From an uncultured Candidatus Rokubacteria bacterium (GTDB lineage: Bacteria > Methylomirabilota > Methylomirabilia > Rokubacteriales > DASRDR01): a stretch of DNA of 64,000 nt. How positions within the stretch are numbered: position 1 is the first letter of the stretch; each line of letters opens with the position of its first letter. The position numbers were made by a program, and so were the translations under genes. The stretch covers positions 318,591 to 382,590 of the forward strand of contig CAVPSB010000015.1 in NCBI GenBank assembly GCA_963708025.1. The letters run 5' to 3'. The notes beneath the pieces are model-generated. The model saw nothing but the letters and a program-made list of their open reading frames with translations, made no database searches and was not told the origin of the DNA. Positions 47,073 through 56,426 of this stretch are shown in pieces.

Positions 47073-48047
47073 ATGCCGATCGACGTGGCGCTCGTCGGGT
47101 GTGGGGCGTTCGCTCGGCTCTACCACGTACCGGCGCTGACGGGCGACTCGCGCGTGCGGCTCACCGCGATCTGCGAGCCGGCCCCGGACGCGGGTGTGCG
47201 CGAGCTGGCCGCGCGGACCGGCGCGCGCCTCACGGCGAGCCTGGACGACGTCTGGGCCGCGGCGGACGCGATCGTGATCAGCACGCCCCACGCCCTCCAC
47301 GCCGAGCACGCGCGGGCGGCGCTCGCGCACGGTCGGCACGTCCTGCTCGACAAGCCCTTCGTCCTGCGGAGCGCCGAGGCGCGCGAGCTGGCCCAACTCG
47401 CCGCCGCCCGGGGCCTGGTGGCCGCGGTGGCCTTCAACCGCCGCGTCGACCCGGCGTGCCGGCGCGCGCGCGAGCTCGTGGCGGCGGACGCGCTGGGGCC
47501 GCTCCGCCTGGTGGAGACCCTCCAGCTTGGCTACGCGACGACGGGCTGGGTGGACGACCCCGCGCTCGGCGGCGGCGGTCCCTTCGTCGGCCGGGGGGCG
47601 CACATGGCAGACCTCGTGCCCTGGCTGACCGGCCTCCAGCCCCGGCGGGTGCGGGCCCGGACGCATCCCGGCCCGCCGGGGCGAGTGGACCGGGGCGGGC
47701 TCGTGGACGTCGCGGGGGACGGGCCCGACTGGCAGGCGGTCTGCCTCACGGCGGGGCTGTGGATGTGGGACGAGGTGCGCGTGTTCGGTGAGGGCGGCGT
47801 TGTCGAGCTACGGCGCCCGCTCGGCCAGCCGCTCGGGTGGACACTGACGCGGCTCGGCCCGCGGGGCGAGGTCGTGGAGACGCTGCCCGCCGACCCGGCG
47901 ATCGGACGCGCCACGCTGGACTTCCTGGACGCCGTGCAGGGACGGGGCGCGCCGGCGTGCCCGTTCGGCGACGCCTGGCTCTCGGTCCGGGTGATCGAAG
48001 CGGCCTTCGAGTCCGCCGCGCAGGACGGCGCCTGGATCGATTGCTGA
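47073..48047 (+). CDS. Gfo/Idh/MocA oxidoreductase
   Basis: VGCGAFA, STPHALH, DKP, GGG....GAH. Confidence 0.88.
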   Translation: MPIDVALVGCGAFARLYHVPALTGDSRVRLTAICEPAPDAGVRELAARTGARLTASLDDVWAAADAIVISTPHALHAEHARAALAHGRHVLLDKPFVLRSAEARELAQLAAARGLVAAVAFNRRVDPACRRARELVAADALGPLRLVETLQLGYATTGWVDDPALGGGGPFVGRGAHMADLVPWLTGLQPRRVRARTHPGPPGRVDRGGLVDVAGDGPDWQAVCLTAGLWMWDEVRVFGEGGVVELRRPLGQPLGWTLTRLGPRGEVVETLPADPAIGRATLDFLDAVQGRGAPACPFGDAWLSVRVIEAAFESAAQDGAWIDC

Positions 48048-48075
48048 GTCGAGATGCGTCTCCACCAAGGCGCCC

Positions 48076-48104
48076 TTGACCGTGCCGTGACCTGCGGCTA
48101 CGGT
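48076..48104 (+). promoter_or_regulatory. Putative sigma70 promoter of sulfatase-ABC operon
   Basis: TTGACC-17 nt-TACGGT. Confidence 0.5.
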
Positions 48105-48142
48105 TAGTCGTTCGCAGGCCAGGACGACCGGGAGGCTGCCGC

Positions 48143-49535
48143 ATGAACGCCATCTGGATCGTGGCCGACACGTTCCGCCGGGACCACGTCGGCTGCTACG
48201 GGAACCGGGTCATCCGCACGCCGGCGCTCGACGCGCTGGCCGCGCGGGGCGTCGTCTTCGACCGCCACTACGTCGCGGGCTTTCCGACGATGCCGGCCCG
48301 GGCCGACCACGCGACCGGCCGCTGGACGCTCTCCTTCATGCGGTGGGAGCCGCTGCCGCCCGATGTCACCACGCTCGCCCAGCTCCTGGGGGCGGCCGGC
48401 TTCCACACCGCGGCGTCCGTGGACACCCCCTTCTACCTCCGCGGGGGCATGAACTACGACCGCGGCTTCCAGACGTTCTTCATGAATCCCTCCCAGGAGG
48501 GCTCGCTGACGCGGCTCGACGCCCGGCGCGGCCACGAGTCCCGGGACGTGCGCGCCTGGTGGCGGGTGGAGGAGGACCGAAACGCCCCGCGCACCATCAC
48601 CACTGCCATGCACTGGCTGGAGCGTCACTACGAGGAGGACTTCTTCCTCTACGTCGACACGTGGGACCCCCACGAGCCGTGGGACGCCCCGCCCTGGTAC
48701 ACGGAGCTCTACTGGCCGGACTACGACGGCGAGGTGGTCCAGCCCGTCTACGGGTACTGGCACGAGACGCCCGGCCTCACCGAGGAGAAGGTCCGGAAGG
48801 CCCACGCCACCTACATGGGCGAGATCACCATGGTGGACACGTGGGTCGGCCGCCTCCTCCGGACCGTGGAGAACATGGGGCTCCTCGACAAGACCGTGGT
48901 GATCTTCACGTCCGACCACGGCTTCTACTTCGGCGAGCACGGCGGCCTCTTCGGCAAGATGACCTACGCTCGACGGGCCGACGGGACCCTGCCCACCCAC
49001 CGCGACGCGATGGCGGGCTGGGCGCGCTCGCCGCTTTACGAGGAGCTGGTCGCGCTGCCCCTGCTCGTCGCCGTCCCGGGCGGTCGGGCCGGCCGGTACC
49101 CCGGGCTCACCTCGGCCATCGACCTCATGCCGACCGTCCTCGACTGCCTGGGTCAGCCGGTCCCCGGCTGGGTGGAGGGCCGGTCGCTGCGGCCGGCGCT
49201 GCGACGACCCGCGGGCGCCGGCGCGCGACTTCGTGATCAGCACGCTCCCCTTCGCCAACCCCGACGACGCCGTGAACTCCGTCGACAACGTGAGCCGGAA
49301 GCTGGTGGCGCCGCTGGTCACGACGGTGACGTCGGCCGACTGGTCCTTCCTCTACATGCCGGAGGCCGGGGGCTCGGAGCTCTTCCACCTCGCGTCCGAC
49401 CCCCGGCAGGAGTCGAGCGTCCTGTCCAAGCACCCGGACGTAGGCCGGGATCACCATCGGATGCTGGTGGAGTTCATGCGGCAGACTCGCGTGCCGCCCG
49501 CGCTCGTGGCGCCGCGACAGGAGCTCCGCCTGTGA
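48143..49535 (+). CDS. Sulfatase-fold hydrolase; frameshift near 49205
   Basis: IVADTFRRDH, WDPHEPW, TSDHG, ELFHLASDP. Confidence 0.85.
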
Positions 49536-49545
49536 GGAGACCGCC

Positions 49546-50781
49546 ATGACGACCGCACCGACTCGTCGCGGATTCCTGGCCGGCCTCGGCGCGAGCCTGG
49601 CGCTCGGCGCCAGTGCCCACCGGGCGGCCGCGCAGGGCGCGAAGAAGCGGAAGCTCGTGATCGGGCGCCAGCCGCTGGCGGGCGCCTCGACGGCGATCAG
49701 CCGCTACCTCATGGACCAGGGGCTGCTCGAGAAGGAAGCGGCTGCCTTCGGCTACGAGCTGACGGTCGACTGGCGCGACTTCCCCAACGCCGGGCCGATC
49801 ATGGAGCTCTTGAAGGCGGGTGCTGGCTCGATGGCGTTCGCCCTCGTCGGCAACACGCCCGTCGTCACCGGGATCGCCAACCGCCTGCCCTTGCAGGTCG
49901 TCAACACGGCCGAGGGGACGCAGCCGTTCTTCCTCCTGGTGCGCCCCGGCTCCGACATCCGGAAGATCGAGGACCTCAAGGGCAAGACGGTCGGCACCTT
50001 CATCGGGCTGGACCCGCAGAACGCGTTCATCCAGGCGCTCAACGCCGAGCTGGGCATGCCGCCCGACCGGCTCGGGATCCGCTTCCAGAACTTCCCCGAG
50101 TTCCCGAGCCTGGCCCGGCTGCCGCGCGGGATCGACGCGGCCGGCATGGTCCCCTGGTCGCCGGCCTACTCGGCGATCGCCGCTGGCCACGCCGTCGCCC
50201 TCTTCGACACCCGGGGCGTCACCGGCCCCGCCCACGAGCTGGGCGAAGGCAAGCGGCTGCCCGGCGTTGCCCGGTCGCCGTTCCGGCCCGAGGGCTACTA
50301 CCAGTACCGGCCGTTCATGATCTGCCACGCCGAGATCGCCGAGAAGGACCCCGACCTCGTGCTGGCGTGGCTGATCGCGTACCAGAAGGGGCTGGAGGGC
50401 ATCAAGGCGCTGGGCGCTCAGAAGGTTGCGGAGCGGAACGAGGGCGACTGGAAGCAGCCGCCCAGGGTCGGCGTCGGCATCATCAGCGCGGATCTGCTCT
50501 GGAACCGGGGCTGGGTGTGGCTGACCGAGGGCGACATGGTCTCGGTGGTCTCGGCGTCGAAGGCGCTGGCGGCGGCCGGCAACATCCCGAAGCCGGTGAC
50601 GTGGGAGGTCGCCCGCGAGCACCTCCAGCGGGTGGCGCCGCTCCAGAAGACGGCGCGTGAGCGGACCGGCGGGGTGCCGCCCGACGCAGAGTTCGAGCGC
50701 CCCGACTCCGAGCTGTCGGACCTGCGCGGCCTTCCGGTCTGGCGGCTCGACCGGTGGGGGCGCTACGCCGATCGGGGCTGA
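49546..50781 (+). CDS. Tat-exported SsuA/NrtA-like ABC substrate-binding protein
   Basis: TRRGFL, IEDLKGKTVG. Confidence 0.85.
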   Translation: MTTAPTRRGFLAGLGASLALGASAHRAAAQGAKKRKLVIGRQPLAGASTAISRYLMDQGLLEKEAAAFGYELTVDWRDFPNAGPIMELLKAGAGSMAFALVGNTPVVTGIANRLPLQVVNTAEGTQPFFLLVRPGSDIRKIEDLKGKTVGTFIGLDPQNAFIQALNAELGMPPDRLGIRFQNFPEFPSLARLPRGIDAAGMVPWSPAYSAIAAGHAVALFDTRGVTGPAHELGEGKRLPGVARSPFRPEGYYQYRPFMICHAEIAEKDPDLVLAWLIAYQKGLEGIKALGAQKVAERNEGDWKQPPRVGVGIISADLLWNRGWVWLTEGDMVSVVSASKALAAAGNIPKPVTWEVAREHLQRVAPLQKTARERTGGVPPDAEFERPDSELSDLRGLPVWRLDRWGRYADRG

Positions 50782-50790
50782 CCCGCGCGC

Positions 50791-51594
50791 ATGCTGGCGG
50801 TCGAGCACGTGTCGAAGGTCTATCCGGCGACGCGGCGGGGCGGGGAAGTACTCGCGCTGCGGGACATCACCTTCGAGGTGCCGGCCGGCCAGTTCGTCGC
50901 GATCGTCGGACCGAGTGGCTGCGGCAAGTCGACGCTCCTCAACCTCGTCGCCGGGATCGACACCCCGTCCGCGGGAGCGATCCGGCTGGACGGCCGGCTG
51001 GTAGAAAGGCCGGGACCCGAGCGCGGCATCATGTTCCAGCAGTACGTGCTCTTTCCGTGGATGACCGTGCGGAAGAACGTCGAGTTCGGCCCGCGCTCGC
51101 GCGGCGAGCCGCGTGCTCGCTGCTCGGAGATCTCCGCCCGGTACCTGGCACTGGTCGGCCTCGACGGCGTCGCCGACCGCTACCCCCACGAGCTGTCAGG
51201 CGGGATGCAGCAGCGCTGCGCGCTGGCCCGAGTGCTGGCCAACGATCCCGTGGTCCTGCTGATGGACGAGCCGCTGGCCGCGGTCGATGCCCAGACGCGC
51301 GCGATCCTCCAGGAGGAGCTGCTCGACATCTGGGGCGAGCGCAAGGACCCGGCCGCCCGCAAGACCGTGCTCTTCGTGACCCACGCGATCGACGAGGCGG
51401 TCTTCCTCGCCGACCGGATCCTCGTGCTCGGCCGGAAGCCGGGGCGGCTGATCGCCGACCTGGAGGACGACCTCGACCGCCCGCGGCTCGGCGTCCGGCG
51501 GAGCGCTCGGTTCGGCGAGCAGGTGGACGCGATCTGGGGGCTCCTGCACGACCAGGCCGCAGAAGCCACGCGGCAGCTCGACGCCGGATTTTGA
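50791..51594 (+). CDS. ABC ATPase (SsuB/TauB-like)
   Basis: GPSGCGKST, LSGGMQQR, LLMDEP, VTH. Confidence 0.95.
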   Translation: MLAVEHVSKVYPATRRGGEVLALRDITFEVPAGQFVAIVGPSGCGKSTLLNLVAGIDTPSAGAIRLDGRLVERPGPERGIMFQQYVLFPWMTVRKNVEFGPRSRGEPRARCSEISARYLALVGLDGVADRYPHELSGGMQQRCALARVLANDPVVLLMDEPLAAVDAQTRAILQEELLDIWGERKDPAARKTVLFVTHAIDEAVFLADRILVLGRKPGRLIADLEDDLDRPRLGVRRSARFGEQVDAIWGLLHDQAAEATRQLDAGF

Positions 51595-51609
51595 GACCGC
51601 CGTGACGGG

Positions 51610-52407
51610 ATGTTGATCGCCGGGCGGCTGCGGGGGCCGGCGCGGCGCGCGTGGCTGGTGGTCCGGGCGCTCGCCGCGGCCACGCTCGTGTGGGCGGTGG
51701 CCAGCCGCCTCGCCGATCGGCCGCTGCTGCTGCCCGGGCCGCTGGACGTCACGACGAGCTGGGTCGCCCTGCTCACCTCCGGCCGGCTCCTCGGCGAAAC
51801 GTGGGTGAGCCTGCGCCGCCTCGCGCTCGCCTACGCGGTGGCGGCGCTCGTCGGCGTCGCGCTGGGGATGGCGATGGGCCACTGGCGCGCGGTGGACCGC
51901 ATCGCGAGCCCGCTGGTCAACTCGCTCCGGGCCGTGTCGGGGATCGCCTGGATCCCGATCGCCGTCGTCTGGTTCGGCGTCAGCGAGTGGCTCCCGGTCT
52001 TCATCATCTTCTACGGGGCGGTCTTCCCGTTCGTCCTCCACGCCCAGGCCGGCATCGCCAGCGTGGACGCCCGCCTGGTCCACGTCGCCCGGAGCCTCGG
52101 GGCGGGACCCCGGCGCATCGCGCTGCGGGTGATCCTGCCCGCGACGCTGCCGTACCTGCTGACGGGAGCCCGGGTCGGCCTGGGGCTGGCCTGGATGTCG
52201 ATCATCGCGGCGGAGCTGCTCGGGGCGCCGACCGGACTCGGCTTCTCGATCCAGTACGCGCGGTTGCTGCAGCAGACCCCCACGATGCTCGCCTGGATCC
52301 TGTGGGTGGGAGCGGTGGGATTCGCGCTGGACGCCGGCATGCGGGCGGCGGTGCGCCGGCTGGCCCCGTGGGCGAGCGCGGGCCGGCTGGCGGCGGAGGC
52401 CGCGTGA
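51610..52407 (+). CDS. ABC permease (SsuC-like)
   Basis: AWIPIAVVWFG, ARSLGA, IAAEL. Confidence 0.9.
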   Translation: MLIAGRLRGPARRAWLVVRALAAATLVWAVASRLADRPLLLPGPLDVTTSWVALLTSGRLLGETWVSLRRLALAYAVAALVGVALGMAMGHWRAVDRIASPLVNSLRAVSGIAWIPIAVVWFGVSEWLPVFIIFYGAVFPFVLHAQAGIASVDARLVHVARSLGAGPRRIALRVILPATLPYLLTGARVGLGLAWMSIIAAELLGAPTGLGFSIQYARLLQQTPTMLAWILWVGAVGFALDAGMRAAVRRLAPWASAGRLAAEAA

Positions 52408-53168
52408 CGCTCGAGCGGGGTTCGAGCGCGCTGGTCCTGGCCGGCGCGGTGGCGGGCTGGCAGCTCCTGGCGACAGCGGCGCCCGGGCTCGAGCTCTCGT
52501 CGCCGCTCGGCGTCTGGACCGCGGCCCGCAAGCTCGCCGCCGACGGGAGCCTCGCGCGGGCGGTCCTCGTGAGCTGGCAGACCGTCCTCCAGGGGTTCCT
52601 GATCGCGACGGTGCTCGGCGTTCCCCTCGGCATCCTGATGGGCTACTGGACCCACGTCGGCGCCTGGATCCTGCCGACGGTGGACGTCCTCCGCCCGATC
52701 GCGCCCTTCGCCTGGATCCCGATGGCGATCCTCTGGTTCGGCGCATCCAGCGGCGCCGGGGTGATGATCACAGCCTACGCGGCCTTCTTCCCGATCGTGA
52801 CCAGCACGCTGGGCGGGGTCGCCCGCGTCCGGACCGCGTTCATCCTGGCGGCCCGGACGCTCGGCGCCGGCGAGTGGACGATCTTCTGCCGGATCGTGCT
52901 GCCCGGCTCGGCGCCGCTCGTCCTGGTCGGGCTCCGCCTCGGGATCGGTCTGGCGTGGGCGGCCGTCATCGCCGCCGAGCTGGCCACGGGGAAGTCCACG
53001 AACGCACCGCCCGGGATCGGGTACCTGATGTACCTGAACTTCGCCACCGAGGCCGACACGGACGCGATCGTGGCGATGATGGTCGTCATCGGACTGTCGG
53101 CGCTCGCCGCCGACTGGCTGGTCCGCCGGCTCCACGAGCGGCTCGTGTTCTGGCCGGTAGAGCGTTGA
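52404..53168 (+). CDS. ABC permease (SsuC-like)
   Basis: RPIAPFAWIP, ARTLGA, IAAEL. Confidence 0.9.
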   Translation: MTLERGSSALVLAGAVAGWQLLATAAPGLELSSPLGVWTAARKLAADGSLARAVLVSWQTVLQGFLIATVLGVPLGILMGYWTHVGAWILPTVDVLRPIAPFAWIPMAILWFGASSGAGVMITAYAAFFPIVTSTLGGVARVRTAFILAARTLGAGEWTIFCRIVLPGSAPLVLVGLRLGIGLAWAAVIAAELATGKSTNAPPGIGYLMYLNFATEADTDAIVAMMVVIGLSALAADWLVRRLHERLVFWPVER

Positions 53169-53172
53169 GGCC

Positions 53173-56100
53173 GCCAGGTAGAGCTCCTGCCTCTTAAGGT
53201 GAGGGGCTGAGCGTCCTACGGTGCCTTCTCAGATCAACACTTTTCCCAACCGCCCGACTCCCCGGACTTCCCGGCAGAACCGGAGAAGTCACTCCGAAAC
53301 CGTCAGCAAAACGTCAGCATGGTTCGGCAGGCTCCGCGCATCCCCTTTGCCGACTCGGGATGCGCCCGTGGTGTCTGGAAAAGCCGTTGCGGATACCGCC
53401 ATGGACGAACTGAGGAGCCCGGAAACGGTCGATCCTCCAAGCGACCTGCTCGGCGCCGGCCCGTGCTGCTAGCCCGCGCCCGCGTGCTCGAGGGCGCGGC
53501 ACACGGCGCCCCGGAGACCTCCTTCCTTCTTCCCATGTGCACCGGTTAGAATGCTGCGAAGCAGTCCAAGCACACCACGCGGCCAGAAAGGTGGAGATCT
53601 CACGATGAGCGTTCACGCGTCGCCACGGTCGGTCACGGCGTCAATGCTTCCGTACGAGCGCCAGCGACTGGAAGACATCGGTTACATGACCTGCATGACC
53701 CTCACGCTTCTCGGCAACTACGCCCAGACCGGGCATTTCGGCGGCCCGCTGGCGTACACGCCGTTCAACGTCGTCACCCATCTTGCCGGGCCCGAGCTGG
53801 GCGGACTCCGCTACGACTACCGGCGCCCCAAGCATCCGTATGGCGACAGGTTCATGCTGGCGGCGGGCCACTGCGCCCCGACCTGCTACGCGCTGTGGAT
53901 GATCCTTGGCGAGGCGCTGTACCGCAGGCATCAGGCGACGGGCGACCGCCGCTACTACGTCGCGCCGGACGTCGCGATGCTCCCGATCGATGCGCTGGGA
54001 TTCCGCCGGGGCGCTGGGGCGCTCGCGACACTCCTCGAGGATCACGGTCTGTCGGACCACCCGCTGTTTGCCCAGGCCAGGGGACGGGGTATCCGGGCCC
54101 TCGCCGGGCACATCGAATCCACCGACGTCACCAACGATGTCAACGGCGGTCCGTCGGGCGTGGGCATCGCCTCCGCGGCCGGGAAGGCCGCGTTCTGGAA
54201 CATCATCGGCGCTCCCATGGGGACGCCGAAGATCATCGCGTTCGAGGGCGAGTTCGCCATGACCGAAGGGCACGCCCAGGAGCTCAAGACACAGGCGATC
54301 GCGCTTCAGGTCGGCAAGCGGCTGCGGATCTTCCTGTCCGACAACAACGCCGGCATCGACGATTCGCTGATCGGTGGCGTCGTTCCCAGCAAGTTCAAAG
54401 ACTACCGGTTGATCGACCAGTGGACCTCCTATGGGTGGAACGTGTTCTCGCTACCGGATGGCCACGACTACGACCAGATCGTGGCCGCACTCAAGACCAT
54501 GGAGGAATGGGACCCGGAGGACCGCCGGCCGATGATCGTGATCGGCACGACCACCAAGGGGTACTGGCCCGGCGCGGTGAACGGCAAGATTCCCGGGGCG
54601 GGTGACCAAGTGGTGGGGTATCCGAGCCATCCGTACGCGATGAAGATGAACTCGGAATATTTCGTCGCCCTCGCGCGAACCTTCGAGGAACGCTACGGGG
54701 TGGAGTTCTCCGGCATCCGCCAGGGCCCGGTGACCGACCCGCGCGAGCGACTCATCCAGTTCAAGACCAATATCGACGTCGCCATGTCCGTGCTCGAGCG
54801 CAATGGCCTGGGTGACTGGCTCGCCGATCACCTGGTGGAGATCGGGGATTCGGTCAGAGAGGGGATTCCGCTCCGCATCGACGCGAAGCAGGACCCATTC
54901 CTGGACGATCGTCTTCGTGTCGCCAATCTCCCCGAGGAGCCGCAGACCCTGACCGTGAAGAATTCGGTCTCGGGCGCGGAGAAGCAGCTGAAGATCGCGC
55001 TGTTCCGCAAGGCCGGCGAGGTGGCGGGTGCTCGCCGGGGAGTCTCCGAGATCGTCAAGTGGCTGAACCACGTCACGGACAACCGCGCGCTGACGCTGGC
55101 CGCGGATCTGTCGGAATCGATCAACCTGGAGCACGGCAGCATCTGGGGCCACTACGATCCCGAGACCAATCCGCTGGGGACGCGGCTCAAGGCGGCGATC
55201 CAGGAAGCGGGCAATGTGTCCAGCGCCATCGGTCTCGTGGGCCAGAGCGCTTCACTGGATCCCGAGAAGTTCGCGGGCGTGTGGGCCTTCAGCGGAACCT
55301 ACGGTGCCTTCACGCCGCTGATGTACCTGCCGGCGCGCGTCTGGAGCCAGCAGAACCAGGACAGCAAGTTCCGCACGGGCGTCCTGCACATCCTGGCGGG
55401 GCATTCGGGCCCCGAAACCGCCGCCGACGCCCGCACGCACTTCGGCATCTTCTCGCCACAGGTCTGGAAGCTGTTTCCGCGCGGCCACGTCATCCACCTG
55501 AGTTTCTGGGACTACAACGACGTGGCGCCCGGATACTTCGCCGCGGCGGAGATCGCCGCGCGCGACAAGAAGGTGGGGATCATCGTCATCGAAGTGGCGC
55601 GCCCCGACTTTCGCGTGGCCGACCGCAGCAAGTTCGCCGACACGGATCTCCGGGCCGCGGCCAAGGGCCTGTACGTCATTCGGGAGTTCGCCCCCGGCAT
55701 GCCGAGGCACGGATACGTGGTGGCGCAGGGATCGAGCTCGACGTTCAATCTGGTGAGCGTGCTGCCGCGACTGGAAGCGGCCGGCGTCAACGTGAAGGTG
55801 ATCGCGGCGATCAGCGAGGATCTGTTCGACCATCAGCCGGACGACTACCGAAACGCCGTGCTGCCGCCCGAGGCACACCAGGACCTCATGTTCGTGAGCA
55901 GCGGCACCCGGCGCATGTGGCCGCTGCGCAACGTGGGTTCGCTGACCGACGCCTACTCGCTCACGGCCGACTGGGACAATCAGTGGCTCACCGGAGGACT
56001 GGAAGCGGACGTGATCGCCGAAGCGCATCTGGATCCGAACTCGATCTTCGCCGGTGTCCAACGCTTCGCCCGGGAACGGCCGGAGCGCCTGCTCCATCAG

Positions 56101-56313
56101 CGGTCGCTGCTGGATGCGCTGGGATAGAACCGAGAGGGCGATCCATCGCCGGGCGACCATCAACTGGACGATTGCTTGGGAGTGCTGGCAAAGCGTGTGC
56201 GGCGAACCCCGTGATTTCCGTCAGCACAACGTCAGCACGGATTCGAGAGCGGCCGCGCCTGCCGCGTAACCAGTGGTAGGATGACGGCGTGAGGCGTTAG
56301 CTCAGCCAGGTAG
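53173..56313. mobile_element. Integrase-less integrative element bounded by tRNA-Lys fragments
   Basis: Direct repeat GCCAGGTAG at 53173 and 56305; tRNA-Lys pieces 53173-53198 and 56291-56313; CCGTCAGCA.AACGTCAGCA at 53300 and 56218. Confidence 0.7.
53605..56127 (+). CDS. Atypical transketolase-like ThDP enzyme
   Basis: TGHFGG, DRFMLAAGH, YGWNV, DGHD, TTKG, ADLSES, DARTH. Confidence 0.8.
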   Translation: MSVHASPRSVTASMLPYERQRLEDIGYMTCMTLTLLGNYAQTGHFGGPLAYTPFNVVTHLAGPELGGLRYDYRRPKHPYGDRFMLAAGHCAPTCYALWMILGEALYRRHQATGDRRYYVAPDVAMLPIDALGFRRGAGALATLLEDHGLSDHPLFAQARGRGIRALAGHIESTDVTNDVNGGPSGVGIASAAGKAAFWNIIGAPMGTPKIIAFEGEFAMTEGHAQELKTQAIALQVGKRLRIFLSDNNAGIDDSLIGGVVPSKFKDYRLIDQWTSYGWNVFSLPDGHDYDQIVAALKTMEEWDPEDRRPMIVIGTTTKGYWPGAVNGKIPGAGDQVVGYPSHPYAMKMNSEYFVALARTFEERYGVEFSGIRQGPVTDPRERLIQFKTNIDVAMSVLERNGLGDWLADHLVEIGDSVREGIPLRIDAKQDPFLDDRLRVANLPEEPQTLTVKNSVSGAEKQLKIALFRKAGEVAGARRGVSEIVKWLNHVTDNRALTLAADLSESINLEHGSIWGHYDPETNPLGTRLKAAIQEAGNVSSAIGLVGQSASLDPEKFAGVWAFSGTYGAFTPLMYLPARVWSQQNQDSKFRTGVLHILAGHSGPETAADARTHFGIFSPQVWKLFPRGHVIHLSFWDYNDVAPGYFAAAEIAARDKKVGIIVIEVARPDFRVADRSKFADTDLRAAAKGLYVIREFAPGMPRHGYVVAQGSSSTFNLVSVLPRLEAAGVNVKVIAAISEDLFDHQPDDYRNAVLPPEAHQDLMFVSSGTRRMWPLRNVGSLTDAYSLTADWDNQWLTGGLEADVIAEAHLDPNSIFAGVQRFARERPERLLHQRSLLDALG

Positions 56314-56426
56314 CGCGCTCCGAGCGCCATGGGCGCGGTCGCCGCTTGCCGGTCGGTTGCCCTTCGGTGGCGTGTCGTCTATGATCACCACCGCCCGGGT
56401 CGATTCATGGCAGGGGGGGAGAGGCG

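Noticed and set aside
25900-49300. Programmed ribosomal frameshifting
   Set aside because: No consistent slippery motif; breaks are scattered, often several per gene
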